Origin: a virus
Taxonomy: Duplodnaviria; Caudoviricetes
Virus record (IMG/VR): IMGVR_UViG_3300037721_000031
Location: 160,001-224,000 of that record
Direction: 5' to 3' (one strand)
DNA: 64,000 nt
Positions 35,716-45,985 of the stretch are shown here, piece by piece. A program made the position numbers and the translations under genes. The number at the start of each line of letters is the position of its first letter. The stretch's first letter is position 1. The notes below the pieces were generated by a model, which was given only the letters and a program-made list of their open reading frames with translations, searched no databases and had not been told where the DNA came from.

Positions 35716-35985
35716 TCAGATAGCTGTTTGAGTGTTAAAATTATGTTCTTTAGCTGTACGCCAAGTCTTGATGTTAGCCATGGCGAAACTACGTACCTTA
35801 CCGCTCTTAAAATCATAAGCACTAAGCAACCATTGTTCTTCTGGGAACTCTTTCGTTTTAGTAAACTGCATAGGAGGGTATGCAGATACTGGTACAACAT
35901 TATGCCAGGTCCGAGTACCATCACCTGATATATAGTCGATCCAAATTGATGTCTTAACAATAGCTTCCAAAGATTCAGTACACAT
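35716..35985 (-). CDS. Stand-alone WYL-domain protein
   Basis: I.Y....G......V.P.......PEEQWLL.AYD......RSFAM..I. Confidence 0.75.
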   Translation of the reverse strand: MCTESLEAIVKTSIWIDYISGDGTRTWHNVVPVSAYPPMQFTKTKEFPEEQWLLSAYDFKSGKVRSFAMANIKTWRTAKEHNFNTQTAI

Positions 35986-36105
35986 GGCTTATACCAATTC
36001 AAAAATAAAAGTTATGTAAACTATTCAGTAGACTAGCCCTTTTAGGCTAGTCTACTGAATTACGTTTTATGTCGAAGCGACGAAATCGTATTCTTTTAGA
36101 TTTCA

Positions 36106-36705
36106 TCAACCACGGCTAGTGATACCGTCACCACGTACTCGAACGTACTTTGAGATGAACTCTTCAATACCGCCTACGCGTTGACTCAAGTTTGGTGATT
36201 TATGAGCTATGGCTTGATTACAGTAGTGAAGGATGCTTTTCACAATCTTGTCGTCTTGAAGTAGAAGACTTTTTGCCATTCCATCTGCTTGCTGATAAAG
36301 CTCTCGCAACTCTGTCGGAGTAAACTCAGACTCATCAACTGCTTTCTGCAAAGAGATAAGAGTAGGCATGAACAACGCACTCTTCATCATTGGAAAAGGA
36401 AGTTCCTCTACACCAAGTTCCTGACATAGTAACAAGTAAACTTGATTGTACTTGACAGATGCTTCACGAATAGCGTTAACCATCCGCGTAGTTCCGCCAT
36501 CCGCTGAAGAGAAGTACCCTGGCTTACTTGGGTTATATCCCTTCATACGCATCTGAATGACTTCGCTGCATTCATTGAACAACTGATCAGTTTGGTCACA
36601 CCAGTCTTTATAAGCTTTCTCTGCTTCTTCAGTAGAGTTATTCATTAACTCAAGAACTTTTTGAGCAAAAGGTTTCATCTGTTCTACGAATTGCTTGGGT
36701 TTCAT
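36106..36705 (-). CDS. Hypothetical protein
   Basis: 199-aa ORF with SD. Confidence 0.7.
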   Translation of the reverse strand: MKPKQFVEQMKPFAQKVLELMNNSTEEAEKAYKDWCDQTDQLFNECSEVIQMRMKGYNPSKPGYFSSADGGTTRMVNAIREASVKYNQVYLLLCQELGVEELPFPMMKSALFMPTLISLQKAVDESEFTPTELRELYQQADGMAKSLLLQDDKIVKSILHYCNQAIAHKSPNLSQRVGGIEEFISKYVRVRGDGITSRG

Positions 36706-36736
36706 GTGGGCTTCCTTTCTACAAGAATTAACTAAT

Positions 36737-37492
36737 TCACAGGTAGATAAACTGCAATGACTCAGTGTTAATTACCTGCATTACCTTGTCGATATCGAAC
36801 TGATCGTCAGTACGAATACTACTTTCCATGTCAATAACGTAAGGAGACCGTTGATTTGCATCTGTGAACCGCTTGTAAGTATCTGAAATGTTATCTGCAT
36901 TAATGCCTCCAGCGATCCTAATACGATAATCTTTCAGACGCTCAGGAACCTTCCAGTCATTCCTAGTTATACCTTTTCCACGACTCTCGTCCAGGAGAAT
37001 TTGAATTCTATTATGAACATCGCCAGGACCATATTTCTTTTCTGATTTATCAAGATATGAAAATATGTCTTTCTCAGACTTAGAGTGAAGTTGAAGTACT
37101 GTCTTACTTTCATAGCGGTCATAGCACACCCTATCGTAGATGCTATGGACATCATTCGTATCGAATACTCTACTGCGAGCATTGATATTTAATTGAATGC
37201 ATGGGAATGTCTTCAACTCTTCAAGAATTATCGATGTACTATGGTGGTCTGTTTCCAGAATTGAATTGAAGATACTTTTACCACACAAATGCGCTGTACT
37301 GTAAAATTGTCTTACAACTTCTAGGCGTTTGAAATATCCTGGATTACGAGGCATACCTTGTTTCTCAGGGAAGAATAGTACTCCGAAGTCAAGCTCTATA
37401 CAACCGCCACTATTTCGGTATTTAGAGATTTCTCTGATAAGGCGATCTACATCAGTTGAATCATCAATACCTGTGAAACTAAGTATAGTCAT
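36737..37492 (-). CDS. TrpF/PRAI-like TIM-barrel protein
   Basis: HLCG, QLN, LLDESRGKG, IAGGINADNI, IDMESSIR motifs. Confidence 0.7.
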   Translation of the reverse strand: MTILSFTGIDDSTDVDRLIREISKYRNSGGCIELDFGVLFFPEKQGMPRNPGYFKRLEVVRQFYSTAHLCGKSIFNSILETDHHSTSIILEELKTFPCIQLNINARSRVFDTNDVHSIYDRVCYDRYESKTVLQLHSKSEKDIFSYLDKSEKKYGPGDVHNRIQILLDESRGKGITRNDWKVPERLKDYRIRIAGGINADNISDTYKRFTDANQRSPYVIDMESSIRTDDQFDIDKVMQVINTESLQFIYL

Positions 37493-37565
37493 CCGTTTAC
37501 CTCTTTAAGTGTTTACAACTAGGAGTTTAATTAATAAAACAAAGCTTTTGCTTTAAATATGTATC

Positions 37566-37589
37566 TCAGTATGGTAATATGTGTCTGAG
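37566..37589 (-). promoter_or_regulatory. Putative phage promoter (TCAGACACA-TATTAC)
   Basis: Exact TATTAC core, ~80 bp upstream of the gene at 37492. Confidence 0.55.
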
Positions 37590-37708
37590 AAAATTCTGAT
37601 TCAGTAAAAAAAAAACATATAGTAGATAGATGGGTCTCTGTGAGACCCATCTATCTACTCATCATCAAGTGAATTACTTCACGTAGTGTAGATAACCGAA
37701 ATCATCCA

Positions 37709-38476
37709 TTATATTTTAGAAAATGCTTTCTCAATAGACCAGTTATACGAATATAATCTAGCATGAAGTTTACTGTACGGGATACCTAAATATTCAGACC
37801 ATTCTTTCAAAGACTTTGTCATTCCATTGAAAGTAATTGATTCACGATTCACCTTTCCTGAGTCATACTCGACAGCTTGTTCTATTGTTAAATTCATTTC
37901 TCTAACACGCTTCTCAAGAGTCCACTTATTAATATCCGTTCTTCTACTAATCTCTGGTATTGTCAATTGTTCACCTTGATATTCATAGCGAACATTGTTT
38001 CTTTTATTATTGGATTGTTCTGTGGGTGTAGCCCACCGACAGTTGTCTTTATTATAATTACCATTGACTTCTCCGCGATCTAGAGAATACCCAGGACCAG
38101 GTTTAGGTCCCATGTCTCTATAAAAAGCTTCGAACGAATTCATCCATTCATCACAGACAGTAATTCCTCTGCCACCGTAGTCAGGGTAGTCTTGATTATT
38201 CTCATTGGTGCATCTGCTTTTCATAGACTGCCAAGAATTATACTCTTGACTACCAAACATACCGTGTGTTTTAGGGCTATTACTAGAAGCTACTTCTTTT
38301 TGTAAACATCCGCAGCTCTTAGTACTACCATTGTTTAAGCTAGCGGTAATTACAACAGTTAGATTACCGCATTCACATCGACAATTCCATCTAGTTTTAC
38401 CAGATAAGCTTTTAACTGGATCCTCAGAAACCACTGCCAGTCTACCAAACACTTTTCCTGTTAAATCTATCTTCAT
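37709..38476 (-). CDS. Putative homing endonuclease (Cys-rich/HNH-like with DNA-binding repeats)
   Basis: FGRL.V...W.C.CECG...SCGC; YGGRGI.VC.EW; SLDR...NGNY...NCRWAT. Confidence 0.8.
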   Translation of the reverse strand: MKIDLTGKVFGRLAVVSEDPVKSLSGKTRWNCRCECGNLTVVITASLNNGSTKSCGCLQKEVASSNSPKTHGMFGSQEYNSWQSMKSRCTNENNQDYPDYGGRGITVCDEWMNSFEAFYRDMGPKPGPGYSLDRGEVNGNYNKDNCRWATPTEQSNNKRNNVRYEYQGEQLTIPEISRRTDINKWTLEKRVREMNLTIEQAVEYDSGKVNRESITFNGMTKSLKEWSEYLGIPYSKLHARLYSYNWSIEKAFSKI

Positions 38477-38714
38477 AATTTAATCCTGATATCTTTTTAA
38501 TGTAATAATAGTTTTAATGTAATATCATCTTGACATCATTCACTTGTGTTCATCACTCACCCAGTGACGACGATCTTCTGATCGGACGAGTGTTGCGCTG
38601 GCATAGCGTGAATATCCTTGTCCTGATGGAAGATGCCATTCCTCTACATAGTTAAATGGCTGTTCCATGATAAGGCCCTTTCTTTCTAAAAGAGAGTTGA
38701 TGGATAGTTCTTAA

Positions 38715-38942
38715 CTAGGCGGCCAGACAATAGAGCGGCATTATTTCGTGTTTCCACTCCTGCTCATTGAACTCACGGAACATCATGCGGCTACGATCTC
38801 TTTCACTACTTTTCTTTTTATCCGCAAAGAGCTCAACTTCATAGTCCTTTAAGCCAGAAGGAATTTCAGTTACGGAAGAGACTACCCAATCGGTACCAGG
38901 TAACATCTTGCGAGATACAATAACAACTTTCTTATCAGACAT
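38715..38942 (-). CDS. Hypothetical protein
   Basis: ORF with SD. Confidence 0.65.
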   Translation of the reverse strand: MSDKKVVIVSRKMLPGTDWVVSSVTEIPSGLKDYEVELFADKKKSSERDRSRMMFREFNEQEWKHEIMPLYCLAA

Positions 38943-38957
38943 GATGCCTTCTTTCTG

Positions 38958-39200
38958 TCAAAAGTAAATGATTAGCTCGTTCTTAGCCGGAGTTTGCTCT
39001 GCAGGATCTTCAGGTAGCGGCATCAAGTGCTCCGGAAGAAAGAACAGCGGATTGCCATTCAGAGACTGGTACTCAGAAAGTTGTCTAAGCACACACATCA
39101 TGCCATTCACTCGTTGAGCCACCACAGCGTTGCATTGAGTACCCACTCTTCCAATCAGGTGAGTTGTCTTATTACCACCAATAATCAACCATTTCCGCAT
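38958..39200 (-). CDS. Hypothetical protein
   Basis: Codirectional ORF. Confidence 0.6.
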   Translation of the reverse strand: MRKWLIIGGNKTTHLIGRVGTQCNAVVAQRVNGMMCVLRQLSEYQSLNGNPLFFLPEHLMPLPEDPAEQTPAKNELIIYF

Positions 39201-39237
39201 GGATTTTCTCCAAAGAAGGAAGTTTCAAGACCAGATG

Positions 39238-39723
39238 TTAATGAGAATGAAAATGACTGTGGACTTCTTGGACAATCTCTTCGTATATTGTCCATTCGTT
39301 AAGGAGATCTTCTCTGTCAAATCCAGCTTCAGGCTTGCACTTACCGGCACCTTCAGGCGAAGGAACCAAAGCACGACATTCCCTCGGACGTTCATCGGAT
39401 GACAGAGTACAACCAGTTTCACCAAGGTTGATACACTGACCGTAGTTAAACGGCTGGTACCAGTTCTTAGTACGGTTGCCTGCGCGCGGAACCAAGGATT
39501 CCACCCTGATAGAGTATACGCCTCTCTGGTCGGTAATCTCATTGTCAGTGAAGACAATTGTTCCGCTTTCGAGCATGGAGATCATCTTGTTCTTGATCTC
39601 CACATCAGACATGTTCGAGAACAGATCGTCCGGGTGGTAGATACCCGGCATGCCCTTGCAACATTGGCCTCCGCAAGGAGTACACACTGAAGCATTTTCA
39701 TTTGCAATGTTAATGACTTTCAT
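39238..39723 (-). CDS. YkgJ/CxxCxCC-family Cys-cluster protein
   Basis: CTPCGGQCC...CINL...GC.L...RP.ECR. Confidence 0.75.
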   Translation of the reverse strand: MKVINIANENASVCTPCGGQCCKGMPGIYHPDDLFSNMSDVEIKNKMISMLESGTIVFTDNEITDQRGVYSIRVESLVPRAGNRTKNWYQPFNYGQCINLGETGCTLSSDERPRECRALVPSPEGAGKCKPEAGFDREDLLNEWTIYEEIVQEVHSHFHSH

Positions 39724-39759
39724 ACGCTATCCTCACGGGTTGATTGTTGAACAATGAAT

Positions 39760-40221
39760 TTACTGTCTATTTTTCGGTCCAAGGATGATGACTTGCTTAC
39801 CTTTAAGCCACTTCTCCATTTGGATGACACTGACTTGCTCGATGTTGGACCTGAGTGTGTTCTTAGTCTTATACTCACCACTCATGTTGTTGAATTGATT
39901 ATTCACCTTTACCCAACCATCCCTCTGATCAAACCTGATTGTATAAACATAGGTTTGGAGCTTCAGTAGATCTTCAATAGTTGGTAGTTGACCTTCACTA
40001 ACTGTGATCCGAATAACATCGCCATGATGCTGAAATCGATCGAGTAAATAACTCTGCTCCACAGTAGAAGCTAAAGACATACCTATCGCAGCTTCCTTAG
40101 ATACTGTTGCGTACAGATATTCATTCGATTCAGTCTCATCCCAGTTAATCGTCTTACCTACTCTTTTATAACCGGGTTTAAGTTCAGTGTGATTGTATTT
40201 AGAGCCGTGATGTAATTTCAT
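39760..40221 (-). CDS. ADP-ribosyltransferase-like (Arr-like) protein
   Basis: LHHGS...L.PG, YLYAT, EYKT; paralogue of 54590. Confidence 0.5.
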   Translation of the reverse strand: MKLHHGSKYNHTELKPGYKRVGKTINWDETESNEYLYATVSKEAAIGMSLASTVEQSYLLDRFQHHGDVIRITVSEGQLPTIEDLLKLQTYVYTIRFDQRDGWVKVNNQFNNMSGEYKTKNTLRSNIEQVSVIQMEKWLKGKQVIILGPKNRQ

Positions 40222-40294
40222 AAACCCCTCTAATTTGATTTAAAAGAATAAGCTTTGTATTGCAGGCTATATTACTAACCTGCAAGGTGAAAAC

Positions 40295-40585
40295 TTACGA
40301 GGTCTTAGGTTCGTATTCGTTAAGACGGAATCGCTTGAGTACCTGCAGTCCGATGTCACACTGCAGATCACTACATGTACCGTCCAAGTATCGAGTATCA
40401 CCGACCTTCACGGTCTTGATCATCATTTCGATGGCTTCGCTCACGTAGTTATCGTAGTACGTCCGACCGAAAGTATCCTTCGTGGTCAGCATCGTCGGAT
40501 CGACTCTGAGAACGTATTGCGTGATCGCACCCATGACAAACCACGTCAGATGCTTGAGAGTATCGGGATGGAGATTGGTGTCCAT
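40295..40585 (-). CDS. Hypothetical protein
   Basis: ORF with SD AGGAG. Confidence 0.7.
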   Translation of the reverse strand: MDTNLHPDTLKHLTWFVMGAITQYVLRVDPTMLTTKDTFGRTYYDNYVSEAIEMMIKTVKVGDTRYLDGTCSDLQCDIGLQVLKRFRLNEYEPKTS

Positions 40586-40613
40586 TTCTAAAACTCCTTA
40601 AACGTTGAAGTAT

Positions 40614-41138
40614 TTAACTTACAAGACCCATGACTTCATTGATGTCTTGTTTCTCCAAGTACACCAGATCGAAGATCGGGAACAAGTTCTTGAGACTCAG
40701 CTTCTTCAGCTGATCATTATGTTCTTTCGAACCAATGAGGTGCAGCATGGTTGCCTTTACAGGGAGTTCACCCATGATGATACCGGCACCTAGCTTGACC
40801 ATCAAAGCCTTCCCACCAGTCGCTTTCATGACTTTCTCTACCAAGATATCGTGAACCGGCCCTTCCTTGGTTCCCTCCAGAAAAGCAACATATACAGCAA
40901 TGATGTCCAGGATGATGGCACCTTGCTCTTTGTTCCATTCGATTGTTGTGGTATCGATACAATTCATGACACGAGTTCTGACAACCACTTTCGTTTCTTG
41001 CAGGTCAACGATTTGACCGCCGAAGCCAAATTCATAAAGCAGTAGTCCTTCAATGGCATCAGACAACTTTCTGTTGTGCATCATCGGATCGAATACTTCA
41101 TGGCCACGGTTACGCTGATTTGTGCACTTTACAATCAT
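40614..41138 (-). CDS. Hypothetical protein
   Basis: 174-aa ORF with SD. Confidence 0.75.
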   Translation of the reverse strand: MIVKCTNQRNRGHEVFDPMMHNRKLSDAIEGLLLYEFGFGGQIVDLQETKVVVRTRVMNCIDTTTIEWNKEQGAIILDIIAVYVAFLEGTKEGPVHDILVEKVMKATGGKALMVKLGAGIIMGELPVKATMLHLIGSKEHNDQLKKLSLKNLFPIFDLVYLEKQDINEVMGLVS

Positions 41139-41240
41139 GATGAATCCTTGGTTAACAAATACGATTGAACAGTCTTACTAGTTACGTTTATGGAGGGTAA
41201 ATATACCACTTCCACCGCGTAATCATCTAGCGTCAATAGG

Positions 41241-41576
41241 TCAGAGTGAAAGATGATCTTTCGAATTAATCACTCTCCACAAATTCTTACCAGGTCCGTT
41301 CACGTGAGTGTATTTCCATATCTTCCTGTACTGAACATTACCTCGGTGATCCTTTTCGGTTACCTCATCGAAACCTATCAATTCGAGGAAGCCGCGATGA
41401 CTTTTGACATTATTTTCAGAAAAACCATTAGTTGTATCTGTAACACAGTAGAACTTGAGCGGCTTATTATAGTGTCTACAGTTATCTTTATTTTCGTCAA
41501 CATAAAAGATATCACCATCTCGGCTGAGAACATGTCCATTCGGACACAGATACTCATAAAGCTTTTTGCTTTCCAT
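41241..41576 (-). CDS. Hypothetical protein
   Basis: Start set at MESKK. Confidence 0.6.
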   Translation of the reverse strand: MESKKLYEYLCPNGHVLSRDGDIFYVDENKDNCRHYNKPLKFYCVTDTTNGFSENNVKSHRGFLELIGFDEVTEKDHRGNVQYRKIWKYTHVNGPGKNLWRVINSKDHLSL

Positions 41577-41657
41577 ATTCTTTCCTTTAGTTGTAACATT
41601 CTCTACATTGTGGAAGTTAAGAAACTTCCACAATAGAAAGACTGCTTCTCTATTATT

Positions 41658-42056
41658 CTAATCAAACTTCAAGTTCCAGATCTTTTCAAGATCCTGAGAC
41701 ATGACGATGAAGCTTCCGTTTTGTTGTTGATCGAAGTAGATCTTTTCTTTTGAAAGAGCTCCAGTCAGGAAATGAAGATGGAAGTCCAAGAACTTCTGAC
41801 CCATCACAGTCATCTCAGTGAGATTCGTGTAGGTTGCTGGAGTAATCTGAAGCCATTTCTTTTCAGTAGCGTTCCATCCGTAGGCTTGATCCAAGCCAGG
41901 TGTATAGAAGTCTACAACCCTTAATGCACCCTGACCAATGCCAGCGGCGTTGAAAGCGTCAGAGATCGTATCGCCGACGATATGTTGCTTACGACCGTCA
42001 ACCCAATAAACAGTCCAGTAACGTGTGTTCATTTCAGTGCTCCTAGAGGAAAACAA
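41658..42056 (-). CDS. Hypothetical phage protein
   Basis: Codirectional ORF. Confidence 0.7.
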   Translation of the reverse strand: MFSSRSTEMNTRYWTVYWVDGRKQHIVGDTISDAFNAAGIGQGALRVVDFYTPGLDQAYGWNATEKKWLQITPATYTNLTEMTVMGQKFLDFHLHFLTGALSKEKIYFDQQQNGSFIVMSQDLEKIWNLKFD

Positions 42057-42372
42057 TTACTTCTGACTTCTTTGCGGCAGTACTCAGTACACGTCGTGCT
42101 GCGTGAAAATCTTCACTATGCATGTCTAGTAACAGAAAGCCAGTTCCACCGCAGCAATTAATAGTTCCCAACCAGCTGTGAAAAGCCTTTGGATCTTTAG
42201 GAATCTTAGACTCCATTTCATGAACAACGCTTTCAGGAAAGAAATCATTATTTTCAAAAGGTACTTTCCACTTCCAGCACATCAGTCGCATAATTTCAGT
42301 CTGCAAACGTGTGTTTGTACATTCGCCCGCATCCGCAGAAGCATCATGACCTGCGTAAGCTCGAATAGACAT
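42043..42372 (-). CDS. Hypothetical protein
   Basis: ORF with SD GGAG. Confidence 0.65.
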   Translation of the reverse strand: MSIRAYAGHDASADAGECTNTRLQTEIMRLMCWKWKVPFENNDFFPESVVHEMESKIPKDPKAFHSWLGTINCCGGTGFLLLDMHSEDFHAARRVLSTAAKKSEVIVFL

Positions 42373-42439
42373 GTCAAATTCTCCAGAGAAGTTTATTAAG
42401 CTCTTATTTTACAAAGAGCTTAATAGATAAGTTTTCAGA

Positions 42440-42856
42440 TTATGCTTCAGCAGCCTTGACGTATTCTTGCAACTTACTCCAATTCTGATGATGAACATAA
42501 GACCTATTTTTCAGAATATCGTGATGTCTATCCTTCCACGCATTCATGTAGTCTTTCACAATTTGCAGAAGGTTGTTAGGCGTGTAGTCATAGACACATT
42601 TCAACTCACCTTCAAAGAAGGTATAGGCCGCATCCAGACAAACAATCTTCATCACTTCATCAAGCAATTCCAGACTTGCCTTTTCAGAAGAGATGTAAAG
42701 ATGCTTACCATTTGTGTAGGCACCGACAGCAACGTATTTATTCACGGTTACTCCAAGGTTAATCACAGGTTGGGAAAACATACTAAAATAAAATTTAGAA
42801 TAATTGGCATTGGGAATTACCCCAATGCCAATTATACCGTTATTATTAAAATACAC
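42440..42856 (-). CDS. Hypothetical protein
   Basis: Codirectional ORF. Confidence 0.7.
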   Translation of the reverse strand: MYFNNNGIIGIGVIPNANYSKFYFSMFSQPVINLGVTVNKYVAVGAYTNGKHLYISSEKASLELLDEVMKIVCLDAAYTFFEGELKCVYDYTPNNLLQIVKDYMNAWKDRHHDILKNRSYVHHQNWSKLQEYVKAAEA

Positions 42857-42899
42857 ATAACAGTAAATCGCACCTTAAATGCGATAAAAGAATTTAATC

Positions 42900-43142
42900 T
42901 TAAACTTCTTCCTCAACAAGTTGAACTGATTGAAGCTTAATCTCAGGACAGACTTGTTTTAATTTCTCAAAAACTTTACTTGCTTTGTCTTTATTGAAAA
43001 ACCACTCAGCATTAGTCAAACACATATTCCATCGAATGACTAAGTTCTGATTGCCTTTATTTCCTTGATCCTGTTTTTCGTAGTAAAGAACTCCGTCCTT
43101 AGAATCATCGAACGGGGTAGTAATCACATTAAAGAGCTTCAT
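42900..43142 (-). CDS. Hypothetical protein
   Basis: ORF with SD AGGAG. Confidence 0.7.
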   Translation of the reverse strand: MKLFNVITTPFDDSKDGVLYYEKQDQGNKGNQNLVIRWNMCLTNAEWFFNKDKASKVFEKLKQVCPEIKLQSVQLVEEEV

Positions 43143-43297
43143 GCTTTCTCCTAATAAAAGTTATTTTAGTAAGACCTCACTTCTGTGAAGTTAGAAGCCT
43201 TACGAATACGACTATCTTCTTATTCTTATTCACCTTCAATACAAGTTAAAGAAAAAAACTACAGAACTCAACATAGAGGACATATACTGTCTCTAGT

Positions 43298-43321
43298 TCA
43301 GTTATGCTATATGTGTTTGAA
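43298..43321 (-). promoter_or_regulatory. Putative phage promoter (TCAAACACA-TATAGC)
   Basis: Same motif as at 6861, 37566 and 52406. Confidence 0.5.
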
Positions 43322-43401
43322 ATTAAATACGATGAAATATTCGAATGAGTTCTATAGTTTATTACTAAGACGGTATTTTATTAGGACACCGTCTTAAGTT
43401 C

Positions 43402-43740
43402 CTACGTTAACAGAGGCAGCCGCGGATCATTCTCACCGAAGTAAGTCCGTGTCTTCGACTCTTGCTTAACTCTTTCAATCACGAGGAAGCATGTGTAGTC
43501 GCATGCATCCCACATGTCGTGACTCAGGCAGTCAGTCTGAATGTATTCCGTGGTAATTTGGATATCACCGAGATTGGAGAGATCCATATCAGGCCACTTC
43601 GCCTTGATCCGAAGCATCAACTCTTCCATGCTTTCGCCCCTGGCAATATAAAACTTTGAATCCGTATCGTCAGGCCAGAACGTACGAATTTGTCCGTTGT
43701 TACGAGTTCCGTGTGTCACAATGTTTCCTTTTTTAACCAA
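43402..43740 (-). CDS. Hypothetical phage protein
   Basis: Codirectional ORF. Confidence 0.65.
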   Translation of the reverse strand: MVKKGNIVTHGTRNNGQIRTFWPDDTDSKFYIARGESMEELMLRIKAKWPDMDLSNLGDIQITTEYIQTDCLSHDMWDACDYTCFLVIERVKQESKTRTYFGENDPRLPLLT

Positions 43741-44041
43741 TGTATCTGTTGATGTATTTCTGACGCCGTTCGATCAATTCCGCCAAAGTGAGCCAAAACT
43801 GAGGGTCAGACCGATAATGCTGCAAATAGTGATTGCGCTTCGATGTAGTCATCAGTTGTTCAGCACTGATTGCTTGTTCAAGAATCTGTTCAACTGACAA
43901 TGACAGAACCTCAATTTTTTCCTTTTCTGAAAGGATCTGTGAGATAGAAGAGAATAACTTGTTCTCGTTCTCTAGATCACCTCCTGTTAAATACCGGTTG
44001 TTAAATATCGGTATCTTAATCTGTTTTACATCCTTTAACAT
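43733..44041 (-). CDS. Hypothetical protein
   Basis: Codirectional ORF. Confidence 0.65.
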   Translation of the reverse strand: MLKDVKQIKIPIFNNRYLTGGDLENENKLFSSISQILSEKEKIEVLSLSVEQILEQAISAEQLMTTSKRNHYLQHYRSDPQFWLTLAELIERRQKYINRYIG

Positions 44042-44072
44042 GATTAACTTATCCTTTCAGTCTAGTGACACG

Positions 44073-44105
44073 GCATAAAAGCTAGGCTCGAGCCTAGCTT
44101 TTATG
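44073..44105. terminator. GCATAAAA-flanked hairpin
   Basis: CATAAAAGCTAGGCT/AGCCTAGCTTTTATG. Confidence 0.7.
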
Positions 44106-44118
44106 TTGTACTTATTCC

Positions 44119-44397
44119 TTACCTTGAGATAGATCCTTCATCAATCATCTTCGCAATAAGACGTCGTTCTTTAGCTGCATCAAATTCAGCTGTCCCCTCG
44201 ACTTCTTCAAGCTTGATTGAACACTTTCCTTCAGAAAGCCTATCGCCGTTCCATTGATGAACCTCGGTACGATCATTCGTATTAGGTTCAATATATGCGC
44301 CAACAATTTGCCCAGTATCGTCTTCGTACTTAGAAATAATTTCTCCGATTTGTTGGAGAAACTGCTCTTTGGTCATCGGTGATGAGGATTGAGTCAT
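44119..44397 (-). CDS. Hypothetical protein (paralogue of 44830)
   Basis: Shared KE.L..QI.....YE..T...TEV..W.G.R. Confidence 0.7.
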   Translation of the reverse strand: MTQSSSPMTKEQFLQQIGEIISKYEDDTGQIVGAYIEPNTNDRTEVHQWNGDRLSEGKCSIKLEEVEGTAEFDAAKERRLIAKMIDEGSISR

Positions 44398-44467
44398 GAT
44401 GAGCTTCCTTTATTCATATTCAGTAACTAGGGAGTCTTCAAAAACTCCCTAGTTGGCTTCCAATATC

Positions 44468-44737
44468 TCAGCTGGCGCAGTAACGCTTCAGCTTTTCAGC
44501 CATGCGATACGACTTGTTGCTGATGCTTTGTGCCGGATCGTACTGCTTGCTGGACGAGAAACTGTCACTCTGAATCTGATTCAGAACATTCACACGGTGA
44601 GCCTTGATCCGACGATTGTGTTGAAACACACGTGCAGATTCCGTAGCTCGCTTCACTTCACGTCGTTGCTCGACGGTTAAACGATCGTTACCAGAGAGAT
44701 TGATCTTGCCAGCAGAAGACTTAGATGCATTCGACAT
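44468..44737 (-). CDS. Basic hypothetical protein
   Basis: ORF with SD AAGGA. Confidence 0.7.
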   Translation of the reverse strand: MSNASKSSAGKINLSGNDRLTVEQRREVKRATESARVFQHNRRIKAHRVNVLNQIQSDSFSSSKQYDPAQSISNKSYRMAEKLKRYCAS

Positions 44738-44829
44738 TTTAATTTCCTTGAGATTGATGAAGAAAAAGCTTTACCTAGTTAGCCAGAGTAAAGTACGGTT
44801 ACGAGTTTTTAGGAAGCTAATAGATATTT

Positions 44830-45105
44830 CTAACTATTAAGCGACCGTAACTCAATTTCACATGTAGATGGATATCGATCACGCAAATCGCTATTAGACT
44901 GCTTATCAGCAGTCGCGAACCTGATGTTGCAGTCCCTCTTCAAGAAGCGTTCACCAGTCCACTCCAGTACCTCAGTCGGTTTCGACGCATCTGGAATCAG
45001 AATTACTCCTGCAACGAGATGTGTTTCTTTCTCGTACTGATCTGCCAACTTTGTAATTTGCTCGATCAGCATTTCTTTGGTTAGTAGTGTTGGTACTTCG
45101 TTCAT
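44830..45105 (-). CDS. Hypothetical protein (paralogue of 44119)
   Basis: Motif shared with 44119. Confidence 0.7.
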   Translation of the reverse strand: MNEVPTLLTKEMLIEQITKLADQYEKETHLVAGVILIPDASKPTEVLEWTGERFLKRDCNIRFATADKQSNSDLRDRYPSTCEIELRSLNS

Positions 45106-45168
45106 ATGGCTTTCCTTCTGTAACTTTATTGATAAGGTAAAAGTAGTAGTCCTCTTACCTCACTCACT

Positions 45169-45927
45169 TCAGTAAACGTAGTTCTTGAATGCCGGGATAT
45201 CAGCTGCTCGGAGTGAGTTGTAAAGCTCGTGAGCGTCTTCGATGCTATCGAAGTCAGCCATCACTTGATTGTTAGGTTCTTTTGTCCTGGTAAAGAACTT
45301 CGAGTACTTGGGATAGGCAGCAACACGATGAGCGTAAGTGCTGATGGTATAGACTTGCTGAGGAAATGCGTGCTTCTGAACCTTATAATTTTTATTGACA
45401 TAGTCTACGAAAAACTGGGCGCCTTCCGAATTCCAAAACACGATATGGATGCGCTTACCTTCTCTATCTTTACTGCCGTCTTGGAAAGTAGCTCCTGAAT
45501 CCATCGTCAGCGAGTACCGTTCATCATCCACATCGCCATTGAGGTTCAGCATCATTCTCATGAAGTCATGAAGCTCAGGTGTAGCAATATCACCAAAGAC
45601 AGAAAGACCTGCAGTGTCTTCATGTACTGACAGGTTCAGCCTGAACATTGGTTTAATAGAACCAGTTTCAGGATCAACCGCAACAGGTTGTTTCATGTAG
45701 TTGGGGTTATTGAAATAAAACAACGGATTATCGATACCAGAAAAATATCGATACTTACCGAATACATTTCCCTTTCCAGTAGTGATAATTCCATTGACAA
45801 CATCTTGGACTTCTTCTTTAACAATGCGAGTAGGAATGCCGTACTGTACCATCGCATTCAAGACATGTCCGACAGATGTTCTCTGACAGACACCGAAAGG
45901 GCCATTATTCGTAGAGATGGAGTCCAT
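45169..45927 (-). CDS. Tandem paralogue 1 (STN.GPFG family)
   Basis: GPFG...R.S..H.LNA, YRYF.GID.PLF, FW...AQ.FVD..N.NY. Confidence 0.8.
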   Translation of the reverse strand: MDSISTNNGPFGVCQRTSVGHVLNAMVQYGIPTRIVKEEVQDVVNGIITTGKGNVFGKYRYFSGIDNPLFYFNNPNYMKQPVAVDPETGSIKPMFRLNLSVHEDTAGLSVFGDIATPELHDFMRMMLNLNGDVDDERYSLTMDSGATFQDGSKDREGKRIHIVFWNSEGAQFFVDYVNKNYKVQKHAFPQQVYTISTYAHRVAAYPKYSKFFTRTKEPNNQVMADFDSIEDAHELYNSLRAADIPAFKNYVY

Positions 45928-45985
45928 TTGCTTCTTTCAAGGATTTGTTGAAGACATTACAATTCAGATTGTAATGCAGAGACTA

